Shown here: one piece after another, positions 28,154 to 37,120 of the stretch
Layout: each line of letters starts with the position of its first letter
Position numbering within the stretch: the stretch's first letter is position 1
Assembly (NCBI GenBank): GCA_016432485.1
Contig: CP066691.1
Span: 217,294-281,293, forward strand
Direction of reading: 5' to 3'
Origin: Candidatus Niyogibacteria bacterium
GTDB taxonomy: Bacteria; Patescibacteriota; Minisyncoccia; HO2-45-28
Length of the DNA: 64,000 nt
Notes under the pieces: generated by a model
The model's database searches: none
The model's input: the letters and a program-made list of their open reading frames with translations, nothing else
Told to the model about the DNA's origin: nothing
Position numbers and translations under genes: made by a program

Positions 28154-28753
28154 TCAGCCGCACTCATTCGGAGCATTTTGGAATTTATAGGATTTAAGCG
28201 ACATCGGAATAATTTCACTGCTTTTGAAATCGGGCGCGACATCAATAATATTCCCCGCGCACCGAGCGTACCAATAAAATATTGTGCCGCGCCAAGAGTG
28301 TTTGAGGCCGAGAAAGTACGCGTCTATTACCGCGCGGATTTTCAGCGCCTTAAAAACACCGGCGGGGACACGATGCGTTTCTTCCGCCAAAACTTCAAAA
28401 TCTGCTTTCACAAGCGCCGCCCGGCTCCATTTTCGCCAAGACCATTTCTTACCCGGATAAAGCGGGAAATCCAGTTTTTTATCTCCCCCGATCCGATTCA
28501 ATTGACTGTCGTAATTAATTTGTCCGCTTCCGATTTTAGTCGTCTCTTCAAAAACATAAATATCGCCTTGCTCCTTAATCATCTTCAAAGATATTTCGCT
28601 GGTGTTTCTCCGGTCAATAAAAATCCATTCATCTCCGACCTCAAAACGAGGGGGTTCGGTTGAGCCGATTTTAATGCCGGCTTCCAAATAATTAAAAATG
28701 AAAACCGATAAAAATACCGCCGCCATCCAAAGAAAGACGAGGCGCATCGCCAT
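28154..28753 (-). CDS. Hypothetical secreted protein (199 aa, signal peptide), native-like base composition
   Basis: N-terminal MRLVFLWMAAVFLSVFIFNYLEA; RBS GGAAGGAG; the second ATG at 28747 is the likelier start. Confidence 0.6.
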   Translation of the reverse strand: MAMRLVFLWMAAVFLSVFIFNYLEAGIKIGSTEPPRFEVGDEWIFIDRRNTSEISLKMIKEQGDIYVFEETTKIGSGQINYDSQLNRIGGDKKLDFPLYPGKKWSWRKWSRAALVKADFEVLAEETHRVPAGVFKALKIRAVIDAYFLGLKHSWRGTIFYWYARCAGNIIDVAPDFKSSEIIPMSLKSYKFQNAPNECG

Positions 28754-28814
28754 TCTCCTTCCTCAACGCAAAATATAAAGTGCTTTCAAAATGTATTTTA
28801 TGAAAAATTTAAGA

Positions 28815-28900
28815 GAAAATCAAAAAGAAGAAACCCACCAGATTGCGACCTGGTGGGTTCTGACCGAGCGCGAAGCTCGGCCGGTTAGGATTGGTCAGAA
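28815..28900 (-). terminator. Terminator module R1, one of two ~80-nt near-identical copies. Minus-strand reading: a CCGAGC/GCTCGG hairpin, then CCCACCAG-gtcgcaat-CTGGTGGG, then TTTCTTCTTTTTGATTTT
   Basis: Direct repeat of 29605-29692 with about 90% identity over about 75 nt. Confidence 0.8.
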
Positions 28901-28918
28901 CGCTCATCTCGTGGCTGG

Positions 28919-29107
28919 TTATGTGCAGAGCCATTTATTCATGTAATAAAAAGCGCTTCCAAAGAGTATATAGGTCAGCTTGTGGGTGAACTGGGCCCAC
29001 GCACCGACATCGGTGAACTTGACGCCGATGAAATAATCGATCACCGTGACGAACGCCGAAGCGATAAGCAGGAAAACGAGATAGCCGAGGAGCTTCTTGG
29101 CCTTCAT
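28919..29107 (-). CDS. Small hydrophobic protein (62 aa, 1-2 TM helices)
   Basis: MKAKKLLGYLVFLLIASAFVTVIDYFIGV...; RBS TAAGGAGA 7 nt upstream; structured leader; followed by module R1. Confidence 0.5.
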   Translation of the reverse strand: MKAKKLLGYLVFLLIASAFVTVIDYFIGVKFTDVGAWAQFTHKLTYILFGSAFYYMNKWLCT

Positions 29108-29246
29108 TATTTTGTCTCCTTAAGGTGCTGGATTACCACGATTCCCTCGTGGCAGGGTTACCGGATTTACAGGGTTTTCACCATGATTCCGATATCATTA
29201 ATAACAGTGTATTACATAATGAAAGTCAAGACAAACAAAAAAGGGT

Positions 29247-29558
29247 CTAAAATGCTGTTTGGATCGTATATTTTCCAACTTTTGTGGGCCAAGTTTTATT
29301 GGCAAGTCCCGGACTTCTTTTGCCGACCAAGTCATTTCTATAAGGTTCATTTTGGATGAAACCCATGGCAATGGTTGCGTTACATTCGGTTTCTTTGTGC
29401 AAAGAGCGGATATATTGTTCGGCTTCTTTAAGAATTGCTTCTGTGGGCCCTTCTCGAAAATCTATTTCTTCAAGATGATCAAAATCGCAGCAAGCGCACT
29501 TGCCGATAACAAATAGGCCCGTACCGACGCCTCCGGCCACGGCATATTCCTCCATCAA
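29247..29558 (-). CDS. Hypothetical Cys-rich protein (103 aa, ...GKCACCDFDH..., ...ETECNATIAMGF...)
   Basis: Preceded by a consensus promoter at 29580-29607; the competing plus-strand ORF 28982..29359 is rejected because it runs antisense across two better-supported minus-strand units. Confidence 0.45.
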   Translation of the reverse strand: MMEEYAVAGGVGTGLFVIGKCACCDFDHLEEIDFREGPTEAILKEAEQYIRSLHKETECNATIAMGFIQNEPYRNDLVGKRSPGLANKTWPTKVGKYTIQTAF

Positions 29559-29579
29559 ACTTTAAAGAATTCCAACGCT

Positions 29580-29607
29580 ATTATAATATTTTTTGGGAAG
29601 CTGTCAA
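29580..29607 (-). promoter_or_regulatory. Consensus sigma70 promoter on the minus strand, TTGACA-N16-TATAAT
   Basis: fwd tgtcaa 29602-29607, attata 29580-29585. Confidence 0.65.
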
Positions 29608-29692
29608 CAAAAAATCAAAAAGAAGAAACCCACCAGATTGCGACCTGATGGGTTCTGACCGAGCGCGAAGCTCGGCGGTTGGGGTTGGTTGG
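29605..29692 (-). terminator. Terminator module R2, duplicate of R1, directly after GC-rich ORF B
   Basis: Same hairpin and T-run as R1, with a G-to-A change in the stem. Confidence 0.8.
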
Positions 29693-29693
29693 C

Positions 29694-29951
29694 CTAGCGA
29701 GGACCGACGCGCCATCCGATCATGTTGGTGACTCGAATGGGCTCGACCAGTGCATCGGTGGTGAACTCGAGTCCACCTTTCGGATGGCGGTACGAGCTGA
29801 TCCGTATCGTCGCGCCGGATAGGATGTCCACCACGAAGAGTTCGCCCGCCGGGTTCGTGAAAACCCGCAGGTTGCCACCCTCGTAGTGGATCGGGAACTG
29901 GTCGCCCCCGAACCTGTCCTCCTTCGGCTTTTCCGTCGCGGTCTCTGGCAT
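29694..29951 (-). CDS. Hypothetical protein (85 aa), GC-rich and foreign-looking
   Basis: Start MPETATEK with a perfect RBS AAAGGAGAT; the ORF track extends to 29999; ...FGGDQFPIHYEGGNLRVFTNPAGELFVVDIL... Confidence 0.55.
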   Translation of the reverse strand: MPETATEKPKEDRFGGDQFPIHYEGGNLRVFTNPAGELFVVDILSGATIRISSYRHPKGGLEFTTDALVEPIRVTNMIGWRVGPR

Positions 29952-29984
29952 TGCGGCATCTCCTTTCATGGTTGGGGTTGAGTT

Positions 29985-30035
29985 CCTACGACACAGCAAC
30001 CAAGAAAATAAAATTTCTAAGCTATTGTGTCGTAG
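29985..30035. promoter_or_regulatory. 11-bp inverted repeat (CCTACGACACA...TGTGTCGTAGG) with a 29-nt loop, in the 5' leader of ORF B between its promoter and its RBS
   Basis: Perfect arms; candidate operator, attenuator or processing stem. Confidence 0.5.
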
Positions 30036-30082
30036 GAAAATAGGCCAAAATTCACAAGGTGCTATTTTAACTTACTGCTAGA

Positions 30083-30111
30083 AGTATAGCATATCTGTCT
30101 TATCATGTCAA
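30083..30111 (-). promoter_or_regulatory. Consensus sigma70 promoter on the minus strand, TTGACA-N17-TGcTATACT. Its -10 region is identical to that of promoter 27262-27290
   Basis: fwd tgtcaa 30106-30111 and agtatagca 30083-30091. Confidence 0.7.
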
Positions 30112-30136
30112 GCTATTGCCACTCACTTTGTTCGTG

Positions 30137-30220
30137 TGCATGGGGAGGGATTCGAACCCCCGAAGCCCATAGGGCGCTTGGTTTACAGCCAAGTGCGATT
30201 GACCACTCCGCCACCCATGC
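30137..30220 (-). tRNA. tRNA-Tyr (anticodon GTA), long variable arm, discriminator A
   Basis: GCATGGG-TG-GCG-G-AGTGGTCAAT-CGC-A-CTTGG-CTGTAAA-CCAAG-(variable arm CGCCCTATGGGCTTC)-GGGGG-TTCGAAT-CCCTC-CCCATGC-A. Confidence 0.8.
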
Positions 30221-30239
30221 GATTAAAATACCAAAACCA

Positions 30240-32915
30240 CTATACAACGCTTTTAACTCTTTTTGAAGCCCTTTTTACTGATTCGGTTTTTGTTTTTAGT
30301 TCAATTTCTCCGCCTTTTTCATCAATAACTAATCTATCTCCGGCTCTGGCGGAACCGGCGATCATGCGCTCGGCAATGGCGTTTAAAATTTTGGACTGAA
30401 TCAAACGCTTCAGCGGCCGCGCGCCGAAATTCGGCTCATAACCCTCGCGAGCCAAATAATCTTTGGCTTTGCCGGTCAATTCAAAACCAATGCCTTTTTC
30501 AGCCAACCGTCCTCTAACCTCATTAAGCTGAATATCCACTATTTTTGCTATTTCTTCGCGTCCCAAAGGATTGAAAATAATTATATCATCAAGCCGGTTT
30601 AAAAATTCCGGACGGAATCTCTGCTCAAGCGATTGCACAATTTTTTCTCTCAAATCTTTTCCGCGATTGCCGTCAATTTCTTTTTCTTCAGCGGTCTCAA
30701 AGCCCAGGCGGCCGAGTTCTTTGGCAAATTCCGAACCGACATTGGAAGTCATTATGACAACGGTGTTTTTGAAATTCACCATCCGGCCCTTGGCGTCGGT
30801 CAGACGGCCGTTATCCAGAATCTGAAGCATAATATGGAAAACTTCGGGATGGGCTTTTTCAATTTCATCAAAAAGCACCACGGCATAGGGCCTATGCCTG
30901 ATAAGTTCCGATAATTGCCCGCCTTCTTCATAGCCGACATATCCCGGCGGAGAGCCGATAATTTTGGAGACCGCGTGCTTTTCCATATATTCAGACATAT
31001 CAACGCGGATAAGCGCTTTTTCATCGTTAAACATAAACTCGGCCAGACGCCTGGCCAATTCCGTTTTACCCACTCCGGTAGGGCCCAAAAACATAAAAGA
31101 GCCGATGGGCCTTAGGGGGTCGCCGATTCCCGCGCGAGAACGCCTTACGGCGTTGGCTATTTTGGAGATGGCTTCGCTCTGGCCAACCACCTTTTTTTCC
31201 AATTCAATTTCCGTGCGAAGCAATTTTTTGACTTCCGCCTCCAAAAGATTGGTTACGGGAATTCCGGTCCAGCGCGCGACAACTTGCGCGATGTCTTCCG
31301 GCTCCACCTTTTGTTTTAAAATGCTCCGCGATGATTGAAGCTTACGCAAGCGCTGTTCTTCCGCCTTTAATTGCTTCTCGGTTTCCGGCACGCGGCCGTA
31401 GCGAATTTCGGCGACTTTGGATAAATCGGCCGAGCGTTCGGCGGCTTCCGCTTCCTGGCGCAACACGTCTAAATCCTTTTTAAGGCGGCGGATATTGGCT
31501 ATCGTCTCTTTTTCATTTTTCCATTTTAATTCCACTCCGGATGTCTTTTCGCGAAAACCCTCTATTTCTTTTTGCAGTTTTTTTATTTTTGACTTGCCGG
31601 CGGGCGTTTCCTCTTTTTTCAGGGCCTCTTTTTCAATTTCCAATTTCATAATGTCGTTTCTGGTTTTTTCCAATTCTCCGGGCATGCTGTCTAATTCCAG
31701 GCGCAGGGCGGACGCGGCTTCGTCCATCAGGTCAACGGCTTTATCGGGCAGAAATCTGTCGGTTATGTAACGCGAGGCAAGTTGCACCGCCGATTGCAGG
31801 GCGGCATCGGTTATCTGCACCCCGTGATGAATTTCGTAACGCTCTTTTATGCCGCGTAAAATCGCGACCGCGTCCTCCTGCGTCGGCTCTTCAATATAGA
31901 CCGGCTGAAACCTTCGGGTTAAGGCCGGGTCGCGCTCAATGTATTTTTGATATTCCTTTATCGTGGTGGCGCCTATGGCATGCAATTCTCCGCGAGCCAG
32001 CGCCGGCTTTAGCATATTTGAAGCGTCAATCGCTCCTTCGGCGGCTCCGGCGCCGACAATGGTGTGCAATTCATCAATGAAAAGAATAACTTTGCCTTCG
32101 GCTTTTTCAATTTCGCGCATAACCGCTTTCAAACGCTCTTCAAACTCTCCGCGGTATTTCGTGCCGGCAACCAATGACGCCAAATCCAGCGCGACCAATT
32201 CTTTATCTTTCAGGGCGTCGGGAACATCGTTTGCGGAAATTTTGCGCGCCAACCCCTCCACGACCGCGGTTTTGCCCACTCCGGCTTCACCGATTAAAAC
32301 CGGATTATTTTTTGTCCGGCGGCTCAATATTTGCATAATGCGCTTGATTTCTTGGTCTCTGCCGATAACCGGATCCAATTTATCCTCGCGGGCAAGATGA
32401 GTCAGATTGCGGCCGTAACGCTCAAGCACCTTTAGTTTTGTTTCCGGCTCAAGGTCGGTCACTCTGCCCGACCCTCTCAATTCTTCAAGCATCCTTTTGA
32501 CTTCTTCGCGCTGGAGATGATTGGCCGAAAGAATATTCTGCGCTTTTGAAGGCACGTCAAAAATAGCCAAAAACAGATGTTCGGTTGAAATAAATTCGTC
32601 TTTCATTGATTGCGTTATGCGATAGGCGACATCAAGTATGCGACCGAACTCCTGGCTTAAAAACATCTGGCTTGACGGCATTAAGACATTTGATCTTATT
32701 TTAGAATCCAAAGCCGACATCGCCGAATCGATCAAATCGTTTAAATCAACATCCATTTTTTCCAAAATGGAATTGACTATGCCCTCTTCCTGCAAAATCA
32801 GGGCGGCTAAAAGATGCAGGGCATCCACTTGATTTTGGCCGCGCTCAATAGCCAGTTCGTGCGCTCGACGAACGGCTTCCTGGGCTTTTATGGTGAATTG
32901 ACCGAATGGAGGCAT
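30240..32915 (-). CDS. clpB: ATP-dependent chaperone ClpB (two AAA+ modules plus M-domain coiled coil)
   Basis: 891 aa; Walker A GEAGVGKT and GPTGVGKT; long coiled-coil insert in NBD1. Confidence 0.92.
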   Translation of the reverse strand: MPPFGQFTIKAQEAVRRAHELAIERGQNQVDALHLLAALILQEEGIVNSILEKMDVDLNDLIDSAMSALDSKIRSNVLMPSSQMFLSQEFGRILDVAYRITQSMKDEFISTEHLFLAIFDVPSKAQNILSANHLQREEVKRMLEELRGSGRVTDLEPETKLKVLERYGRNLTHLAREDKLDPVIGRDQEIKRIMQILSRRTKNNPVLIGEAGVGKTAVVEGLARKISANDVPDALKDKELVALDLASLVAGTKYRGEFEERLKAVMREIEKAEGKVILFIDELHTIVGAGAAEGAIDASNMLKPALARGELHAIGATTIKEYQKYIERDPALTRRFQPVYIEEPTQEDAVAILRGIKERYEIHHGVQITDAALQSAVQLASRYITDRFLPDKAVDLMDEAASALRLELDSMPGELEKTRNDIMKLEIEKEALKKEETPAGKSKIKKLQKEIEGFREKTSGVELKWKNEKETIANIRRLKKDLDVLRQEAEAAERSADLSKVAEIRYGRVPETEKQLKAEEQRLRKLQSSRSILKQKVEPEDIAQVVARWTGIPVTNLLEAEVKKLLRTEIELEKKVVGQSEAISKIANAVRRSRAGIGDPLRPIGSFMFLGPTGVGKTELARRLAEFMFNDEKALIRVDMSEYMEKHAVSKIIGSPPGYVGYEEGGQLSELIRHRPYAVVLFDEIEKAHPEVFHIMLQILDNGRLTDAKGRMVNFKNTVVIMTSNVGSEFAKELGRLGFETAEEKEIDGNRGKDLREKIVQSLEQRFRPEFLNRLDDIIIFNPLGREEIAKIVDIQLNEVRGRLAEKGIGFELTGKAKDYLAREGYEPNFGARPLKRLIQSKILNAIAERMIAGSARAGDRLVIDEKGGEIELKTKTESVKRASKRVKSVV

Positions 32916-32950
32916 ATTTCAAAAAATTTCTAATTACTAATATCTAATTT

Positions 32951-34213
32951 TTAAAGATTTTGCGGGCGTTCAACAAGTTCCGCTTCCACTTTTAATTCTT
33001 CGGCGTTGCGCAATACTTTCAATTCCACTTTTTCACCCACTCTCCTTTGGCTTATCAATTTGGCTAAAGTGTTATCTTTATTCACTCTCACGCCGCCGAA
33101 CTCTAATATTATATCACCTTCTTTCAGGCCTGCGGCCTGCGCCGGAGAATTGTTTATAATCGCGGTCCGGCCTTCGCCCGCAATCAAGAGCGCGCCGTAA
33201 TCAACCGACAATTTCTTTTCTTCTTTAATTTGCGGCGTAACTGAAAGATAATGAACGCCCAGATAGGCATAGCTTATCTTTCCGAAATCGCGTACGTCCG
33301 AGACGGCTTTTTTCACGGAATTTATCGGCAAAGCGAATCCGATGCTCTGGGCTTCGGAGGCGACAGCAGTATTAATGCCGATGGCCCGTCCGGCCGAATC
33401 CAGCAGCGGACCGCCGGAATTTCCAGGGTTGATCGCGGCATCGGTTTGGATTACTTCCTGCAAAACTTCAGGGCCGGAAGCGGATCCGGAAGCGACGATC
33501 GTCCGGCTAAGTCCGGCGATGACTCCGACTGAAACCGTATTTTGAAATTCACCAAGAGCGTTGCCGATGGCCACGACTGTCTGACCGACTTTAAGATTGT
33601 CTGAATTTCCAAGCGAAATAAAAGCAAACCCGCCGCCGTCCACTTTCAAAATCGCGACGTCCTGAACCGAATCTCGCGCCAAAACTTCAGCCTTCATTTT
33701 CCGGCCGTCGTTCATTAAAACCGTGTATTCAACGGTTTTATCTTCAACCACGTGGCGATTGGTGACCAGATATCCATCCTCAGTTACAAAAAATCCGGAG
33801 CCGGCTGAAATCTGCCTTTTTTCAGTTCCTTTTTGGCGGTATTGCGGAACTAAAATCTGCGGCATCTCTCCTGAAAAAAACCGCCGGAAGAAATCATCGT
33901 TTTCAAAGGGATTGATGAAATATTGTTCTATGACCGGAACGTCTTTGGAAGCGGTAATGCTGACCACCGCCGGCAAAGTGTCGGCAACAAGCTTGATAAT
34001 TAAACCTTCCGAAGTAATAATAAAATCCGAATTTTGCTTTTGGTTATCCGACTTATTGTCTATCACTTTCTCAATCACCCGATTGATGGTTTGGGTTATT
34101 GGAGCCGGCGCCTGATTAACCAAAGTCACGCTGACAATGCCGGTAACAAGCGAAGTTATAAAACTCACCAAAAGAACCAGCAAAACTAATTGTGTTTTTG
34201 TCAGATTTTCCAT
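32951..34213 (-). CDS. htrA: HtrA/DegP-family serine protease with an N-terminal membrane anchor and a PDZ domain
   Basis: GSGFFVTEDGYLVTNRHVV (His), D, GNSGGPL (Ser) triad context; C-terminal PDZ. Confidence 0.85.
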   Translation of the reverse strand: MENLTKTQLVLLVLLVSFITSLVTGIVSVTLVNQAPAPITQTINRVIEKVIDNKSDNQKQNSDFIITSEGLIIKLVADTLPAVVSITASKDVPVIEQYFINPFENDDFFRRFFSGEMPQILVPQYRQKGTEKRQISAGSGFFVTEDGYLVTNRHVVEDKTVEYTVLMNDGRKMKAEVLARDSVQDVAILKVDGGGFAFISLGNSDNLKVGQTVVAIGNALGEFQNTVSVGVIAGLSRTIVASGSASGPEVLQEVIQTDAAINPGNSGGPLLDSAGRAIGINTAVASEAQSIGFALPINSVKKAVSDVRDFGKISYAYLGVHYLSVTPQIKEEKKLSVDYGALLIAGEGRTAIINNSPAQAAGLKEGDIILEFGGVRVNKDNTLAKLISQRRVGEKVELKVLRNAEELKVEAELVERPQNL

Positions 34214-34315
34214 TTACCCAATTTACTTGACTTTTTATCCGCTTATATATATAATTGTAAGCGGAAGTGGTTATTTTGTCAACAATTCAGCTCACAAAAG
34301 CATGGGGAGAAAAAA

Positions 34316-35086
34316 ATGAACATTATTGAAATTCCCGATGGCGCGGAAATACATGTTGCAGGAGCTATATTTGAGCCAAAATTTTCACAGGTTTTACTTG
34401 TTAACAACAATGCCTATAAAGGAAAACCGTTGGGTGTTGGTATTCCTGGCGGCAGAACATCAACTTCTGCTCTACTTGAACGTTTACAATTTATATTGGG
34501 TAAAAAACAAGGGAATTGGTTAGAAACACAGCAAAAAACAGAGGAACCGGAAGATTGGACTACAATGTTAAATCGCCTTTTCAAATATAGCGACTTTATA
34601 AACGTATTAGACCAAATTTTTGAAGAGTTACAACGGTTGCAGCAAAAAAAATGTATATTATGGAGTGATCTTAGCCGCGGGGCAAGAGACATGCTTCTTC
34701 GCGAAAAACTTTGCGTGGAAGTAAAAAGCGAAACGGGCGTTGAAAAAGAGGAACTGGAAATTCTTAACCTGCTTTCTTACGATATTGTGACTTATCCGGA
34801 CAAAATCATACATAGAGTCATATATTTCTGCTCAACGGAAGCGGTCGGCATACCCAGAAAACATTATAAAGAAGAAGTGGACGAATCGCGCTGGTTTGAT
34901 GCTAGCTTCTTGCCGGAAACCATGTATCGCAATCACCGAAAAATCTTCGAAAATCCGGCAATTGGCCATCTTTCCGACCATTGGAGAAAAATAAAACGTC
35001 GGGAAAAAAGATATGAACGATTAGCAAAGCCCGAAGAACCGGACGAAGAAACTCTTAGAGCCCTTTTTGAATGGGCAAAACCATAA
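34316..35086 (+). CDS. NUDIX-fold protein with a degenerate Nudix box (256 aa) and an unknown C-terminal domain
   Basis: VLLVNNNAYKGKPLGVGIPGGRTSTSALLERLQ lacks the REx2EE catalytic glutamates; start at 34316 with RBS GGGGAGA; the ORF track starts at 34190. Confidence 0.4.
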   Translation: MNIIEIPDGAEIHVAGAIFEPKFSQVLLVNNNAYKGKPLGVGIPGGRTSTSALLERLQFILGKKQGNWLETQQKTEEPEDWTTMLNRLFKYSDFINVLDQIFEELQRLQQKKCILWSDLSRGARDMLLREKLCVEVKSETGVEKEELEILNLLSYDIVTYPDKIIHRVIYFCSTEAVGIPRKHYKEEVDESRWFDASFLPETMYRNHRKIFENPAIGHLSDHWRKIKRREKRYERLAKPEEPDEETLRALFEWAKP

Positions 35087-35111
35087 TAATTTTCAAACGC
35101 GAATTTCAAGT

Positions 35112-35210
35112 CCCGCCGCTCTGATAGAGTGGCGGGTTTTTTTACCCCCACACCAATTGAGCAATAGCGCCTCTGGCGCAAAATAAAAAATTGCTCAATT
35201 GGTGTGGAGG
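35112..35210. terminator. Composite element E1: a GC hairpin terminator (CCCGCC...GGCGGG plus T7), then an 18-bp perfect inverted repeat CCACACCAATTGAGCAAT (24-nt loop) ATTGCTCAATTGGTGTGG
   Basis: Second copy of the same architecture at 58735-58835. Confidence 0.75.
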
Positions 35211-35211
35211 T

Positions 35212-35445
35212 TTATGCTTCTTCAACGCTTTGGATTTGCGGAATTTTTGATTTTAATATTTTCTCAATACCAGCTTTAAGCGTAACGATGCTCAAGGGGC
35301 ACCCTTGGCAATTGCCTTTGAGCCGTAATTTTACAACTCCGTTTTCAAAACCGGCAAATTCCAAATCGCCCAAATGCATAGCGAGCATCGGTCTTACTTC
35401 CTTGTCCAAAATTTCTTTTATGCGTGATTCCATTTTGAATAACAA
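35212..35445 (-). CDS. NifU C-terminal domain (Nfu-type) Fe-S cluster carrier
   Basis: 77 aa ...LKGNCQGCPLSIVTLKAGIE... CxxC motif. Confidence 0.8.
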   Translation of the reverse strand: MLFKMESRIKEILDKEVRPMLAMHLGDLEFAGFENGVVKLRLKGNCQGCPLSIVTLKAGIEKILKSKIPQIQSVEEA

Positions 35446-35632
35446 CGCAAAATTAACTTTCGTTGGCTTGCGGAAAAACTTTGAAAATTAAAGAGTTTTG
35501 AAACGAAAAATAGCGAGTAGGAAATTCCTGAGCGCAGCGAGGGAGGAACGATGGAGCGTTATTTTTCGTGAACAAAACGACTATAATTTTCAAGTTTTGG
35601 AGCACTGTCATAAGAAAGTTAATTTTGCGTTG

Positions 35633-36268
35633 TTAAATTGAAAATCGTCTTTCAACCTCCTGCCAATTTACAACATTCCACCAAGCATCAACATATTCCG
35701 CTCTGCGATTTTGATATTTCAGATAATACGCGTGCTCCCAAACATCAATTCCTAAAAGCGGAATAAGGCCCTGTGAAATCGGACTGTCTTGATTCGGCGT
35801 TGTCATAATGGACAAGCTCTTCGACTCGCCTTGCTCGCTCAGAGCAAGCCACGCCCAACCGCTGCCAAAAACTCCTATGGAGGCCGCGGCGAATTTCTCT
35901 TTGAAATCCGAAAATCTGCCGAATTCTTTATCAATTCCGTCAGCCAGCGCGCCCGACGGTTCCATAAGACCGCCCTTCGATGCTCTCAGGGCCGGCGGAC
36001 TCATCGTTCGCCAGAAGATAGAGTGGTTAAAATGTCCTCCGCCGTGATTGCGAACGGCCGTTCTGATATCTTCCGGAATTGAATTTAAATCCTTTAGCAA
36101 CTCTTCAACTGATTTTTCCTGCAGGGCGGGATACTTTTCCAAAGCTGCGTTTAATTTATCAACATAGGCCTGATGATGTTTGGAATAATGAATTTCCATC
36201 GTACGCGCGTCAATATACGGCTCAAGCGCGGAATAATCGTATGGTAATTTTGGAAGTTCGTGTTTCAT
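35633..36268 (-). CDS. sodA: Fe/Mn superoxide dismutase
   Basis: [32 protein letters not shown]...DVWEHAYY. Confidence 0.93.
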   Translation of the reverse strand: MKHELPKLPYDYSALEPYIDARTMEIHYSKHHQAYVDKLNAALEKYPALQEKSVEELLKDLNSIPEDIRTAVRNHGGGHFNHSIFWRTMSPPALRASKGGLMEPSGALADGIDKEFGRFSDFKEKFAAASIGVFGSGWAWLALSEQGESKSLSIMTTPNQDSPISQGLIPLLGIDVWEHAYYLKYQNRRAEYVDAWWNVVNWQEVERRFSI

Positions 36269-36356
36269 ATAAAATCGATGCTAATATGCGAATTTATGCT
36301 AATAATACTAATAATTTATTTGTATAATTCGTATGCATTTGTATATTGGTATCGCA

Positions 36357-36590
36357 TTATTCCGGAAATATCTGCTTGCCTTCTTCGTCGTATAAAATAA
36401 TCGCTTTTGTGGGGCAGGATTTCGCGGCGTTCAGTATGGTTTCAAAGTCCGCCGCGTTTTTATCCACGATATAGGCCTTATTTTCCTGGTCAAGCGCGAA
36501 TACGCCCGGTGCTATCGCCACACAGCTAGCAGCACCTATACAAAGCTCCCGGTCAATTTCTATTTTAGAGATTTCTTTGCCCTCGGCCAT
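36357..36590 (-). CDS. Small 4Fe-4S ferredoxin
   Basis: 77 aa with CIGAASCVAIAP and AAKSCP cysteine ligands. Confidence 0.7.
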   Translation of the reverse strand: MAEGKEISKIEIDRELCIGAASCVAIAPGVFALDQENKAYIVDKNAADFETILNAAKSCPTKAIILYDEEGKQIFPE

Positions 36591-36599
36591 TCTTCAATT

Positions 36600-37052
36600 T
36601 TATATCCCACCCCTTTCAAGAGCAAGTTTTACGGCCTCAAGTCCAAACAAAACGCAATTTTGGCGAGATGGCGAGGGGGTCCCGCCGACCATTTTAAAAA
36701 TATCTTCGTTTTTGATTTTTTTGATAAGAGAAATGGGCCTGCCTTTGATGTGTTCCGAAAAAATTGACAGAGCCGCCCGCGATAAAATACACCCCTGAAT
36801 CTGATATTTAATGTCGGCGATTTTGCCGTTTTTAATTTTTAAAAAAATCTCCGCCTCATCCCCGCAAAAAGGATTTTTAGCCGAAATCTTTTTTGTGCCG
36901 TAAATCACCCCGACATTCCGCGGATTCCTCGCATGCTCCATTATCAACTCCTGATAAATCCCATTAGAAAACCCTTTATCGGGAGTCATCAGAAAATTTT
37001 TGTTTGAGTTATTCATATTGTCTGTCTTTATAAATATCCGCCGTGAAATCAT
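36600..37052 (-). CDS. sufU: SufU/IscU-like Fe-S cluster scaffold (NifU N-terminal type)
   Basis: MEHARNPRNVG...FCGDEAEIFLKIKNGKIADIKYQIQGCILSRAA; the true start is probably internal (MNNSNK or MTPDKG). Confidence 0.8.
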   Translation of the reverse strand: MISRRIFIKTDNMNNSNKNFLMTPDKGFSNGIYQELIMEHARNPRNVGVIYGTKKISAKNPFCGDEAEIFLKIKNGKIADIKYQIQGCILSRAALSIFSEHIKGRPISLIKKIKNEDIFKMVGGTPSPSRQNCVLFGLEAVKLALERGGI

Positions 37053-37080
37053 AAAATCATGAAATTATAAAATCATAAAA
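37045..37080. repeat. Tandem octamer (atcataaa) x4.4, just upstream of sufU
   Basis: atcataaaatcatgaaattataaaatcataaaatc. Confidence 0.8.
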
Positions 37081-37096
37081 TCTATTAAAAGACCCT

Positions 37097-37120
37097 CAAC
37101 CCATTCAACTATTCGAGCGA
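37097..37120. promoter_or_regulatory. Candidate ArsR-family operator 1: TCAACTATTCGAGCGAATGTGAAA, centred on the palindrome CATTCG-agc-GAATG, between arsR and sufU
   Basis: Near-identical second copy upstream of arsR. Confidence 0.55.

Noticed and set aside
28031-28663. 210-aa plus-strand ORF
   Set aside because: It starts inside tRNA-Thr and runs antisense through the signal-peptide protein gene and its terminator.
28982-29359. 125-aa plus-strand ORF overlapping the 62-aa and 103-aa minus-strand genes
   Set aside because: It has no RBS or promoter. Both minus-strand units have promoters, RBSs and terminators. It is kept only as a possible antisense-RNA region.
35446-35632. Tiny ORF MERYFS with a GGGAGGAAC RBS inside a 9-bp inverted repeat upstream of sodA
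   Set aside because: Six codons, with no conservation evidence available. It could be a leader peptide, but the support is too thin to call.
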